DNA of 40,660 nucleotides, taken from assembly GCA_015485575.1 (NCBI GenBank), contig WFTF01000047.1, positions 1 to 40,660 of the forward strand. Reading direction: 5' to 3'. Made by a program: the position numbers and the translations under genes. A model generated the notes under the pieces. The model worked only from the letters and a program-made list of their open reading frames with translations, did not search any database and was not told the origin of the DNA. Source of the stretch: Patescibacteria group bacterium (GTDB taxonomy: Bacteria > Patescibacteriota > Minisyncoccia > Phycocordibacterales > UBA918). How positions within the stretch are numbered: the first letter of the stretch is position 1; the number at the start of each line of letters is the position of its first letter. Below, piece after piece: positions 8,306 to 16,942 of the stretch.

Positions 8306-8890
8306 ATGGTTGGTCAGCACAAGAAGGGCAACACAAAAGAGGACCATGAGGAGCGTTTTTTGAAAGCTTTTGAAGAGTATGGTGATGCTCTGTTTCGACA
8401 TGCGTTTTTGCGTTTGAGTGATCGTGAGCGAGCGATAGATATCGTACACGACACATTTGCAAAAGTGTGGACGTACGTACGACGCGGTCATCATATAGAT
8501 CAGTTTCGTCCATTTTTATATAAGGTACTCAACAATCTCATTGTTGACGAGTACCGGAAACGAAAAGAGACATCACTTGATACCCTGCTTGCCGTGGATG
8601 GTGTGGACGAAGGGTCGTTTGATGAATTGTCGGAGAGCAGTGTTGAGTCTCTTGCGGCAACGCTTGACGGGAAAAAAGCGTTTGAGTTGGTGCAGGAGTT
8701 GCCGGATACATATCGTGAGGTGGTACTGCTTCGGTTTGTGGACCAGTTGGGCCCAAAAGAGATTGCCGCACTCATTGAGGAGTCGGAAAATGTAGTGTCG
8801 GTACGTCTACACAGAGGGTTAAGGCTCTTGCGTCAGTATATTGAAACGCGAGAGAAGCGGGCGAAGCGGAAGCGTAACACAAAAACATAA
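8306..8890 (+). CDS. ECF-type RNA polymerase sigma factor
   Basis: Region 2 (AIDIVHDTFAKVW, FRPFLYKVLNNLIVDEYRK) and region 4 (LPDTYREVVLLRF...EIA...VSVRLHRG). Confidence 0.92.
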   Translation: MVGQHKKGNTKEDHEERFLKAFEEYGDALFRHAFLRLSDRERAIDIVHDTFAKVWTYVRRGHHIDQFRPFLYKVLNNLIVDEYRKRKETSLDTLLAVDGVDEGSFDELSESSVESLAATLDGKKAFELVQELPDTYREVVLLRFVDQLGPKEIAALIEESENVVSVRLHRGLRLLRQYIETREKRAKRKRNTKT

Positions 8891-8898
8891 TTTACATA

Positions 8899-10548
8899 AT
8901 GAAGCGATTCAGCGAACAATTTAAGAAAAAGTCAGAAAGTATCCGTCTACGGGCAGCCGAGCGGGCGGATTTACGTGATCGTCTGGTATCGTACATGGAA
9001 TATCACCCGCTGCCTTCTGGTATGCGAGTTGAGCGTATATCCGGTGAGAAAAGGGGAATCTCGTCCGAGCCATTTTCAATTATTGCGTTTAACGTACGCT
9101 ATGTGAGAAATGCAGTCGGCTTGCTTGCCGCATTGCTGGTTGTTGCGATCCCCGTGGTTGCGGAGTGGTCAGTACCGGGAGATGTGCTCTATCCGATTAA
9201 GCGCAATATCAATGAAGAGCTGCGCTCAACACTCACACTTTCACCGTATGCTAAGGTGGAGTGGGAGACTAAGCGTCTTGAACGACGTATCGCCGAAGCA
9301 CGCCTTTTGGCGGAAAAGGGAGAGCTTACCCCTGAGAAAGAGGCGGAAGTGGTTGCTGCGGTAAGGGCGCATACGGATGCCGCGCAGCAAGAAATTGCAC
9401 ACCTCCGTCAAGAAGATGCGGACACTGCCGCAATCGCTGAAATTACTTTTGCCTCAGCGCTTGAGGTACAGTCCGAGGTGTTGGCGGGGGACACACAGCC
9501 GGAAACGTATGACGAAACAGGTAGCTCGGTAGATGCGCTGGTATATGTCGTACAAGAGGTGGTTGCCGATGTGAAAGAAGCGGTAGATGAAGCTACTCCT
9601 TCATATGAGAAGTTGTTGGGAGAAGTGGAGGCGGAAACGACCACTGCTTACGAATTATTTGCGTCCGTACAGTCGCAAATATCTGATGAACAGCGACAGG
9701 ATATTGAGCGGCGTCTTGCTGATATTGAGCGCAAAGTTGCGGAGGCAATTGCGCTCTATGCCGAGGAGGGGTCTATACAGGCGACAACGACAGATACAAA
9801 CAAGACAGAAACCGAGATGGACGGTTCAGACGCCACAGATGTAAATGGTGAGGAGAGCGCAACTTCTTCCAGTGAGACAACAGATGACTTTGAAGGTGAG
9901 GGGATGGTAGGTGCAACAGCGACCAAGACAATTGACGTATCAGAGGAAGTAAAACGTGATTCGCAAAAACCGATGGTGGTTAATCAGCTTCCTGTAGAAG
10001 GTGATCCAATCCGTATTTTACGCGAAGCATTGCAAGACGTGCAGAAGTTGATTCGTTTTATTACCGATCTTGAGTTACGCGAAGCTATATCCATTGATGA
10101 GCTGGTGCCGGTTACGCTTACCGATGAAGAGCGTTTGTCTTTGGCGCGAGATGACTATACTGTAGCAAGTACACTTGTAGATGAGATTGCATCCTACACG
10201 ATAGGAGAGGAATACGCAGAAAAAGTGACGCTTGGTATGCAACTGGTGCAAGAGGCACTCTCATCCGCAGACGCTGCGTTTGCCGCACAAAACGTATCTG
10301 CTGCCGAAGAGTACAGTGCACAAGCTCGTGTATTTGCACAGGATCTATCATTGTTGCTTCAAAATACACAACAAAAAGATGGGGTAACCACTCCTGAGGA
10401 AGGAATGGCAAGCAGCACACAACAAACAACAGTAGATGATGTAGCGGATGAAATACAGCAAGACATGTCTGAGGAGACGGATGCGCCACCTGATACATCT
10501 GCGCAGATGGGTACTGAATCGGCAAGTACTACACGCATGGATAATTAA
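8899..10548 (+). CDS. putative membrane-anchored anti-sigma factor (DUF5667-like, acidic helical C-terminus)
   Basis: Starts 8 nt after the ECF gene; single TM followed by SVPGDVLYPIKR..NE and KRLERRIAEA. Confidence 0.7.
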   Translation: MKRFSEQFKKKSESIRLRAAERADLRDRLVSYMEYHPLPSGMRVERISGEKRGISSEPFSIIAFNVRYVRNAVGLLAALLVVAIPVVAEWSVPGDVLYPIKRNINEELRSTLTLSPYAKVEWETKRLERRIAEARLLAEKGELTPEKEAEVVAAVRAHTDAAQQEIAHLRQEDADTAAIAEITFASALEVQSEVLAGDTQPETYDETGSSVDALVYVVQEVVADVKEAVDEATPSYEKLLGEVEAETTTAYELFASVQSQISDEQRQDIERRLADIERKVAEAIALYAEEGSIQATTTDTNKTETEMDGSDATDVNGEESATSSSETTDDFEGEGMVGATATKTIDVSEEVKRDSQKPMVVNQLPVEGDPIRILREALQDVQKLIRFITDLELREAISIDELVPVTLTDEERLSLARDDYTVASTLVDEIASYTIGEEYAEKVTLGMQLVQEALSSADAAFAAQNVSAAEEYSAQARVFAQDLSLLLQNTQQKDGVTTPEEGMASSTQQTTVDDVADEIQQDMSEETDAPPDTSAQMGTESASTTRMDN

Positions 10549-10561
10549 GAGTACAACTAAG

Positions 10562-10586
10562 AAAAACGGCGGTTTCCGCCGTTTTT
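10562..10586. terminator. bidirectional terminator
   Basis: AAAAACGGCGG-TTT-CCGCCGTTTTT between convergent genes. Confidence 0.7.
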
Positions 10587-10600
10587 TATGCAAAAGAGAG

Positions 10601-11095
10601 CTACCATAGTTTGTACACGGGTAGAATACTCCGGGCGTCTTGTGTGGTGAGTGCGCCGCTTGTATCCAGGTATACAACCATCAAACGCCCGCTGTAGTGC
10701 AGGTGTTGTATGGCTTGGTAAATGTGCTGTTGTACAACGCGGTCTTCAATCAGTACATGTTCTTTACAGGTACAACACGATAGTTTGTTTGTGCAACGAT
10801 GACAGTGATTTTCTACCGCATGCAACTCCACCAGCTCCCGGTTGGGTCTGAGCAACACGTTTTCCAGATGACAGATTGCCTCGTGCTCCAAACAAACCAG
10901 GAGTCTATTGTACAACTCTCCATCGGGTAGGGAAGAATAGAGCCACTCCATTTCCACCATCCCAAAGAGTTGTGCGTGCAGTTTTGGTGCGCTCCTGTGT
11001 TTTTGCATCTGACGCAGGCTCCGTCTTCTTTTTTGTGCTTCCTGCGCATATTGTTCTATCGCAGCTTCTACGTCAAATAGTTTAAAGAGATCCAT
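10601..11095 (-). CDS. hypothetical protein with Cys/His cluster
   Basis: 164 aa from MDLFKLF with a purine-rich RBS; contains HCHRC-x5-CCTCKEH. Confidence 0.55.
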   Translation of the reverse strand: MDLFKLFDVEAAIEQYAQEAQKRRRSLRQMQKHRSAPKLHAQLFGMVEMEWLYSSLPDGELYNRLLVCLEHEAICHLENVLLRPNRELVELHAVENHCHRCTNKLSCCTCKEHVLIEDRVVQQHIYQAIQHLHYSGRLMVVYLDTSGALTTQDARSILPVYKLW

Positions 11096-11241
11096 CCCGC
11101 CTCTCCCTGTTGATATAGAGAACATCTATTTTGAACTGTAATATGAGTTTTATATAAATGCAAGAAATGACGATACCACGAGGGGTTATACAACAAAAGA
11201 TAGAAAAAACGCCGCGCATGTTTGCGCGGCGCGACACGTCG

Positions 11242-11430
11242 CTACACTTGCGCGATGTGACATGGTGTTCTGTGCTCAAAGAGCGCCTCTGCGGCGAGAC
11301 GTGCCGCCTTAACGCTCGTGCGTGAGAATGTTCCTTTTCGGGTGATATATATGGTTCTTTTTTCCACCCGACGCTTTCCTTTGATGATGTATACTTGCAC
11401 CTCAAAGGTTCTCACGGTCTGCCTGCCCAT
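11242..11430 (-). CDS. small basic hypothetical protein (62 aa)
   Basis: AAGGAGG 7-8 nt before ATG, an upstream TTGACA promoter-like site, and a downstream hairpin plus T-run at about 11203-11230. Confidence 0.6.
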   Translation of the reverse strand: MGRQTVRTFEVQVYIIKGKRRVEKRTIYITRKGTFSRTSVKAARLAAEALFEHRTPCHIAQV

Positions 11431-11595
11431 AAATCAAGCCTCCTTGCAATTTGAGAAAATACATGCGCGTGGACGCATGTCGTGTACAAATGTATACGTA
11501 AATGGTATTTTGTCAATATTTTTTATGGAAGTCGCAACCATTTTCTTTTTCTGAAAAAATGGTAGCATCAGTGCATTATTGAATAAGATACAAAC

Positions 11596-12702
11596 ATGGA
11601 ATCATTAAGTGCAAACGTCCTTTCCGCATTGCCGGAACTGTCAGCCACATTGCCTTTTGTGGGCACACTGAATGTCGCTCCGTACTTGGCGGCTGTCGCT
11701 ATTTTTGTCGGTCTTTCTGTTTTTTTCAAAGGCGTGCTTATGGCAGTGCTTGCACATCTGCGACATCTGTCTTCAAAAACAGCAACCGATGTGGATGACG
11801 TGGTCATTGGTGCCCTTTCTGGTGTGCGCGCATGGGTATATACGCTTGTGGCCCTGTTTGTCGCGCTGCAGTTGTTTGAGTTGCCAAAGATGGTGGACAT
11901 GGCCCTCACCGGATTGGTGTTGTTTGCCGTTGCATGGCAGGCAATTGAAGTGGCTTTATGCTTTGTAGAGTATGCGGCACGCCGTTTCTTGGAGAAGGAC
12001 GAGGACGGAGACGGAGAGGTGGATCCAAATGCGGCAACTGCCGCGCACATGGTAACGCTGGTTTCTCGCATTGCGCTGTGGGCGTTTGGCGTCATTTTTG
12101 TGTTGTCCAACCTCGGTATTGAAGTGACCTCACTGATAGCCGGATTGGGAATCGGTGGTATTGCCGTTGCATTTGCCCTGCAGGGGGTACTGTCGGACCT
12201 GTTTGCATCCTTTTCCATCTATGCTGATAAACCGTTTCGTATCGGGGACTATATTGTCATTGGTACTGATGCGGGTACTGTAGAACGTATTGGTATTAAA
12301 ACAACACGCATTCGTACGTTGCAAGGAGAGGAGCTTGTGGTGAGCAATGCTGAATTGACCACTGCGCGTGTTCAGAACTTCAAGAAAATGCAGTCACGAC
12401 GCAGTGCCGTACAGTTTGGCATCACCTACGAGACACCTCATGAAAAAGTAAAGCAGGTGAAAGGTATTGTGCAGCGTATTTTTGAGGGAATAGATGGTGC
12501 TCGTTTGGATCGTGTGCACTTCACCACCTTTGGGGACTCCGCACTTCTGTTTGATGTGGTGTTTTATGTTGATTCTCCCGAATATTCCGTTTTTCTGGAC
12601 AAACAGGAGCGGTTTAACTTTGAGCTCATGGACAAATTTGCGGAGCTGGGTATAGAGTTTGCTTATCCAACTCAAATGATCTATACCAAAACCGTTTCGT
12701 AA
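11596..12702 (+). CDS. mscS: MscS small-conductance mechanosensitive channel
   Basis: LIAGLGIGGIAVAFALQ, DKPFRIGD, GTVERIGIKTTRIR and GIEFAYPT. Confidence 0.93.
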   Translation: MESLSANVLSALPELSATLPFVGTLNVAPYLAAVAIFVGLSVFFKGVLMAVLAHLRHLSSKTATDVDDVVIGALSGVRAWVYTLVALFVALQLFELPKMVDMALTGLVLFAVAWQAIEVALCFVEYAARRFLEKDEDGDGEVDPNAATAAHMVTLVSRIALWAFGVIFVLSNLGIEVTSLIAGLGIGGIAVAFALQGVLSDLFASFSIYADKPFRIGDYIVIGTDAGTVERIGIKTTRIRTLQGEELVVSNAELTTARVQNFKKMQSRRSAVQFGITYETPHEKVKQVKGIVQRIFEGIDGARLDRVHFTTFGDSALLFDVVFYVDSPEYSVFLDKQERFNFELMDKFAELGIEFAYPTQMIYTKTVS

Positions 12703-12758
12703 TTTCTGTAGTGTGTGATGCCGAAGCAGACGTGTAAAGCACGCCTGCTTCGGCATTT

Positions 12759-13826
12759 TCACGACTCCAAAGCACGTTCAAGCATTCGACTGAGAAAAGG
12801 AGCAATGGTCTCTTTGAATATCTTTGATCTATAGGGGAGATTACCTCCCATGTTTTGTTCCAGTGAAAACCCCGTCTCTTCTTTGATGGTGCGGTCAATA
12901 TACGAAATAGTCAGTGCGCGTAAGCTCCCTTTTCCAAATTGTGTATCATCTCCTTTGGTAGAAATGATACCGATTACGTTGCCGGAGAGATTCACCACTG
13001 GCCCTCCCGATGAGCCCTGCTCACCTATGTTTGAACCGGCAATAGTCATAAGGTCTGCGTAGTTTGAACCGAAGGTCATCAACTCAACAATGGTGGTGGT
13101 TGCTTGTTTTGGTACCAAAGCGGCATTCATATCACCTTGTTGAAACAAGGTTTCCGCCGGATAGCCGGCGGCAAGGACCTGACTGCGTAAGGTGCGTATG
13201 GACAGCAGGTCAGTATCCAGCGCGATAGCGGGGAAGTATGCCGGCATTGGTCTCCGGTTGAGTCCGGAAGTGACATATAAGAGCGCAAAGTCACGCTCGC
13301 CGGTGCCACGTGGATTTTGTGCGGCAATGAGTTGTGCATTTTTTTGTATCCATGCGGGAGAGATATACAGCAAGTCTGCTTTGTAGGTTGCAACCGCAGG
13401 ATTGCCGGTACGCACTATACAGTCCGTTGATCCTTCTACTGTTTCCAAAAGGAGAAACTGTGCCACATGAGCATTGGTCAAAATAACTCCCGTGCTACTT
13501 ATGAAAAAACCGGTACCGGTTACGGTGCGAGTATATTCATCGGTAACATAGGTACAAAAGATATTGACCAAGGCATCTATCGGCTGTTTGGCGGTGGATC
13601 CTTTTGTAAATGCGGCGGTGATGTTCGCCTGCTGGTACTGCGTGTTTTCAAGCAAGATGCGCGGAATGCTTTCATATGCCGAGGATATTTTTTGCAAAGT
13701 AGCGGCTGTGCTTTGTGTTGTGATGGATCCTTCGGGAAGCAGCATCTCAATACGGTCAGCAATGGCGTTTGTGAATGCAAGGTAGATGGTAAAAAAACCG
13801 ACAAATAACTCACCTAAAAAGTGCAT
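12759..13826 (-). CDS. membrane-anchored trypsin-like serine protease
   Basis: GTGF, TNAHV (His), RDFA (Asp) and GSSGGP (Ser); N-terminal hydrophobic anchor. Confidence 0.88.
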   Translation of the reverse strand: MHFLGELFVGFFTIYLAFTNAIADRIEMLLPEGSITTQSTAATLQKISSAYESIPRILLENTQYQQANITAAFTKGSTAKQPIDALVNIFCTYVTDEYTRTVTGTGFFISSTGVILTNAHVAQFLLLETVEGSTDCIVRTGNPAVATYKADLLYISPAWIQKNAQLIAAQNPRGTGERDFALLYVTSGLNRRPMPAYFPAIALDTDLLSIRTLRSQVLAAGYPAETLFQQGDMNAALVPKQATTTIVELMTFGSNYADLMTIAGSNIGEQGSSGGPVVNLSGNVIGIISTKGDDTQFGKGSLRALTISYIDRTIKEETGFSLEQNMGGNLPYRSKIFKETIAPFLSRMLERALES

Positions 13827-13893
13827 GATGCGACTAGTATATCATACGCTCTATATTTTCGAACGCACCATATATGTATGGTAGGATGGTATT

Positions 13894-14565
13894 ATGACAT
13901 ATCCGGAATTAAAACAGAAAGCAATTCGCTTACGGAAAGATGGCTATTCGTATAGTATGATTTCTGAAAGACTATGTGTATCCAAAAGCACGTTACACTA
14001 CTGGTTGTCAGAAATACCCTATACAGCAAATGATGAGGTACGCCAAAGAATCGGAGAGGCGCGTGCGCGCTCGGGAGAGGTAAAACATCAGCAAAAACTT
14101 GAAACGTTTCGCCAATCGGCAAAACAGGCGAAAAAGGATATAGGTACTTTGTCGCAACGTGATTTGTTTATGCTTGGGTTGGGGATTTATATTGGAGAAG
14201 GTGAGAAAGGTGAGGTGATTGGGGTGATTAACTCTGACCCGCGTATTATTGTACTTATGATGCGGTGGTTTATGGAGGTGTGTGAGTTGAAAAAAGATAA
14301 CTTTTCAATTGCCATTCATCTATACCCCGATAACAACCAAAAACAGTGTTTGCAGTTTTGGTCTGAGGTAACCGGATTGCCACAGGCACAGTTTGGTAAA
14401 ACTCAGATTGACCGCCGGCGAAACAAAAAACAAGGAAAGCGAGGGAAGTTACCATATGGAACGGCGCATTTGCGTGTAAAGAGCAACGGACAGAAGGAGT
14501 TTGGTGTACTGTTGGCACGCAGAATTCATGCGTGGATGAAACTTGTGTTAGCGCACAAGATTTGA
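13894..14565 (+). CDS. HTH + LAGLIDADG-like domain protein (paralog of 2754-3422)
   Basis: HTH (LRKDGYSYSMISERLCVSKSTLHYW), LFMLGLGIYIGEG.K, NSDPRII, FWS..TG, FGKTQ and YGT. Confidence 0.75.
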   Translation: MTYPELKQKAIRLRKDGYSYSMISERLCVSKSTLHYWLSEIPYTANDEVRQRIGEARARSGEVKHQQKLETFRQSAKQAKKDIGTLSQRDLFMLGLGIYIGEGEKGEVIGVINSDPRIIVLMMRWFMEVCELKKDNFSIAIHLYPDNNQKQCLQFWSEVTGLPQAQFGKTQIDRRRNKKQGKRGKLPYGTAHLRVKSNGQKEFGVLLARRIHAWMKLVLAHKI

Positions 14566-14581
14566 TATAAATGTGTGCACC

Positions 14582-14652
14582 GCGGGATTAGTTAAGTGGT
14601 ATAATGCGACGCTTCCAACGTCGAGTCAGGAGTTCGATTCCCCTATCCCGCA
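14582..14652 (+). tRNA. tRNA-Gly(TCC)
   Basis: Acceptor stem GCGGGAT/ATCCCGC, anticodon arm CGACG-CT TCC AA-CGTCG, TTCGATT; CCA not encoded. Confidence 0.94.
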
Positions 14653-14703
14653 CAAAGGAAAACTACCGCCTTCGGGCGGATTTTTCTTTGTGCGGGATAG
14701 GGG
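14640..14703. repeat. inverted repeat overlapping the tRNA-Gly(TCC) 3' end
   Basis: CCCCTATCCCGCACAAAG (14640-57) and CTTTGTGCGGGATAGGGG (14686-703) enclose CCGCC-TTCG-GGCGG. Confidence 0.8.
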
Positions 14704-14729
14704 GTGCAGCGTCGCACCACTTTTTTAAA

Positions 14730-14755
14730 AATTTAGGGGTCGGACCCCCTAAATT
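14730..14755. repeat. REP-like palindrome family A, copy 2
   Basis: AATTTAGGGGTC-G-GACCCCCTAAATT. Confidence 0.75.
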
Positions 14756-14872
14756 AACGTCTTGTACTTTCCGGTTGTGTTTTTCTTTTCTCTATCAGTT
14801 TGAAAATTCCAACAAACTGAATTGAAATTCTCAAAAGATAGGACGAGCCAAATAGGCTCGTCCAATTGATAC

Positions 14873-16111
14873 TCAGGCCGCCGACTTCTGCGCGGTGTGG
14901 CATCGATAGAGTTTCATCGCCACGTTCCGAACCAGGCTGTACTCCAGATGCGGAATCAGCCACATTGCTGGAATCCACCGACGATCAGACCAGCCACGTT
15001 CCCGCAACCACGACTCGGTCCCTGCCGAGCAGTTACCGGCACGGTAGCTGTCCTCTCGGATGACCAGCGGGCAGAACCCGTGTTCGCCGTTGAGGAAGCC
15101 GACGAGGTCAGCGTGTTTCGCTACCAGTTCGTCTTGGCGTTTCCATGCGCGAAGCGCTTCACGAAGCGCTTCGCGTGGGCCACCCCAGTTGCTGTGGTAC
15201 GTCCGACCGTTGGTCGAGCGAACCAAGAACTGGAAATCGACGCCGATCTGATGGCCACGCCGACTCATCTGGGGGATGGCGATGCGGAACACCTCCGTTC
15301 CCAGCTTCACCAAGCGCGGCTCCTCCTCGCGGCGAGATTCGACTCCGTCACTCTCGTCGGCCACCTTGCACAGGTGGTAATCAACGAGCCATTCGCGCGC
15401 CTCTCGGTAGCTCCTGAAGTGGGAGTTCCCGGAGAGCGAGATCGCGGTGGCGATGACAGCGGCCTTGCCCGCCTGGTCGGTGATCATTAGGGCCTGAGCG
15501 ATGGACGCCCAGGAGGGCTTCTGCCCCTCGAAGGCACGCAGGATGGTCTCGGCGCGGTGTTTCACCTTCCAGAGTTTCCGCTCGAGCTTACCCGGCGATG
15601 GGTTACGCGCGGCGAAGTCCCACAGGTGCAGCGTGGTGCGACGAGCCCACATGCCGCGAGAAGACTGGGTCTTCTCGACTACCTTGCGGACGCCGTACAG
15701 ATCGGCAGCGGCTTTGAGCCAGCCGCAGAACCGCTGCACCTTTTTCACGACCTTCTCCGCACCTGCGCGACTGGCGTAGCGCGGGTAGCTGCCGGGCGCC
15801 ACGTTGGCGTTCACCATGTTCTCGATATTCCATGGGATGTTGGTGAACCCGGAGTCCTCGACTGCCCGGTGAACCAGATCGGAGAGGTGCGACCAGTCAA
15901 TGGTCACACCATCCCCCTGGAAATACTCCTTGTCAGTGATGGGGCACTGGAAGCGTCGAAAGGAGGAGCGTCGGACATAGCGCTCCTCGTAAACCGCCTC
16001 ATCGGCGATTTGTTTGAGGGTCATAGACCCGTCAAGGCCGTAGTCCGCGTCGGTGGCGGACATGATAAGGTGCTGGCGACGGGTGGTGTTGGTGTAAGCG
16101 TTCAGTGACAT
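14873..16111 (-). CDS. GC-rich orphan protein (412 aa), probably horizontally acquired
   Basis: Long ORF with a GAGGAGG RBS. Two hand-counted 60-nt lines are 62% and 67% GC, against 38% and 52% in two lines of pilB. A hairpin GGACGAGCC/GGCTCGTCC follows the stop. Confidence 0.8.
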   Translation of the reverse strand: MSLNAYTNTTRRQHLIMSATDADYGLDGSMTLKQIADEAVYEERYVRRSSFRRFQCPITDKEYFQGDGVTIDWSHLSDLVHRAVEDSGFTNIPWNIENMVNANVAPGSYPRYASRAGAEKVVKKVQRFCGWLKAAADLYGVRKVVEKTQSSRGMWARRTTLHLWDFAARNPSPGKLERKLWKVKHRAETILRAFEGQKPSWASIAQALMITDQAGKAAVIATAISLSGNSHFRSYREAREWLVDYHLCKVADESDGVESRREEEPRLVKLGTEVFRIAIPQMSRRGHQIGVDFQFLVRSTNGRTYHSNWGGPREALREALRAWKRQDELVAKHADLVGFLNGEHGFCPLVIREDSYRAGNCSAGTESWLRERGWSDRRWIPAMWLIPHLEYSLVRNVAMKLYRCHTAQKSAA

Positions 16112-16552
16112 TTGTCCTCCTCGGGCACTCGTTTGTGGCCCAATTGAAGTTGGTAGAGCGCGAGCGCATCAAGTGCGCTCAATGGGGTGTTTAACGTCCA
16201 GGAGGTCAGAACCAGACGGGAGTGTAGATACTCCACACCAGCTTTGACTAATCAAAGCCAAAGTGGAATATCTACGTTCCGTCCTATGCCTAAGTATCAA
16301 ATTGTAAAGAACAAACTATTCGTCCTTGTTTTTTCGCAAGGACATTAACGGGCACAAACGATGGTCCGATTCGTTTGTGTCCGGTATATGTCCGAACGAA
16401 TATTGTTATTGGAGGAACTGACTGCAACACATTGCTACTTGAGTCAAAACGTTTGTAACCAGGTATGAGTTTATGCAAGTGAGGAATCGCAATCATTTTG
16501 TACCTGCCAACAGTTTTTTCAGGTACCTCACTACAGAATATTGTATTTTTCG

Positions 16553-16581
16553 ATTATATCATATATACAGTATTATGTCAA
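16553..16581 (-). promoter_or_regulatory. perfect-consensus sigma70 promoter
   Basis: Minus strand TTGACA-17 nt-TATAAT. Confidence 0.8.
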
Positions 16582-16653
16582 TCTATTGTACGGTATCACC
16601 CAAAATGCAACAGGGTATTCTATGAAAAGAAAGAGATGTGCGCATGTTTTTTA

Positions 16654-16691
16654 TAATTTAGGGGTCCGACCCCTAAATTACCCCTAAATTA
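16654..16691. repeat. REP-like palindrome family A, copy 3, with duplicated right arm
   Basis: TAATTTAGGGGTC-C-GACCCCTAAATTA followed by CCCCTAAATTA. Confidence 0.75.
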
Positions 16692-16942
16692 TAAATTACG
16701 AGTGTGGTGTGTGCGTGTTTTTTGGGCTGTGTGACATAAAGAATAAAACCCCCGGCTGAGGGGTTTTATTCAAAAAATGTGTGATGGGAAATAGCGCAGA
16801 ATTACTCTTTGTTTTTCCACATAGCGTAATACCTCCGCTACGTTTGTAAGTATAACACAGAGTAGTACATGCTGTCGTGTGGATAGTGCCGCGTATAGAA
16901 AAAACCGGCTATGCACCGGCTTTTTCTGTGTGAGAAATAGAA

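Noticed and set aside
11242..11430. Ribosomal protein L28 or a similar small ribosomal protein
   Set aside because: Small and basic, but lacks the L28 signature (C..TGK...GN..SH...T.R...PN); left as hypothetical
14897..16108. Long + strand ORFs 14897-15490 and 15557-16108
   Set aside because: Antisense shadows expected in GC-rich DNA; the RBS, promoter and hairpin all support the minus-strand gene
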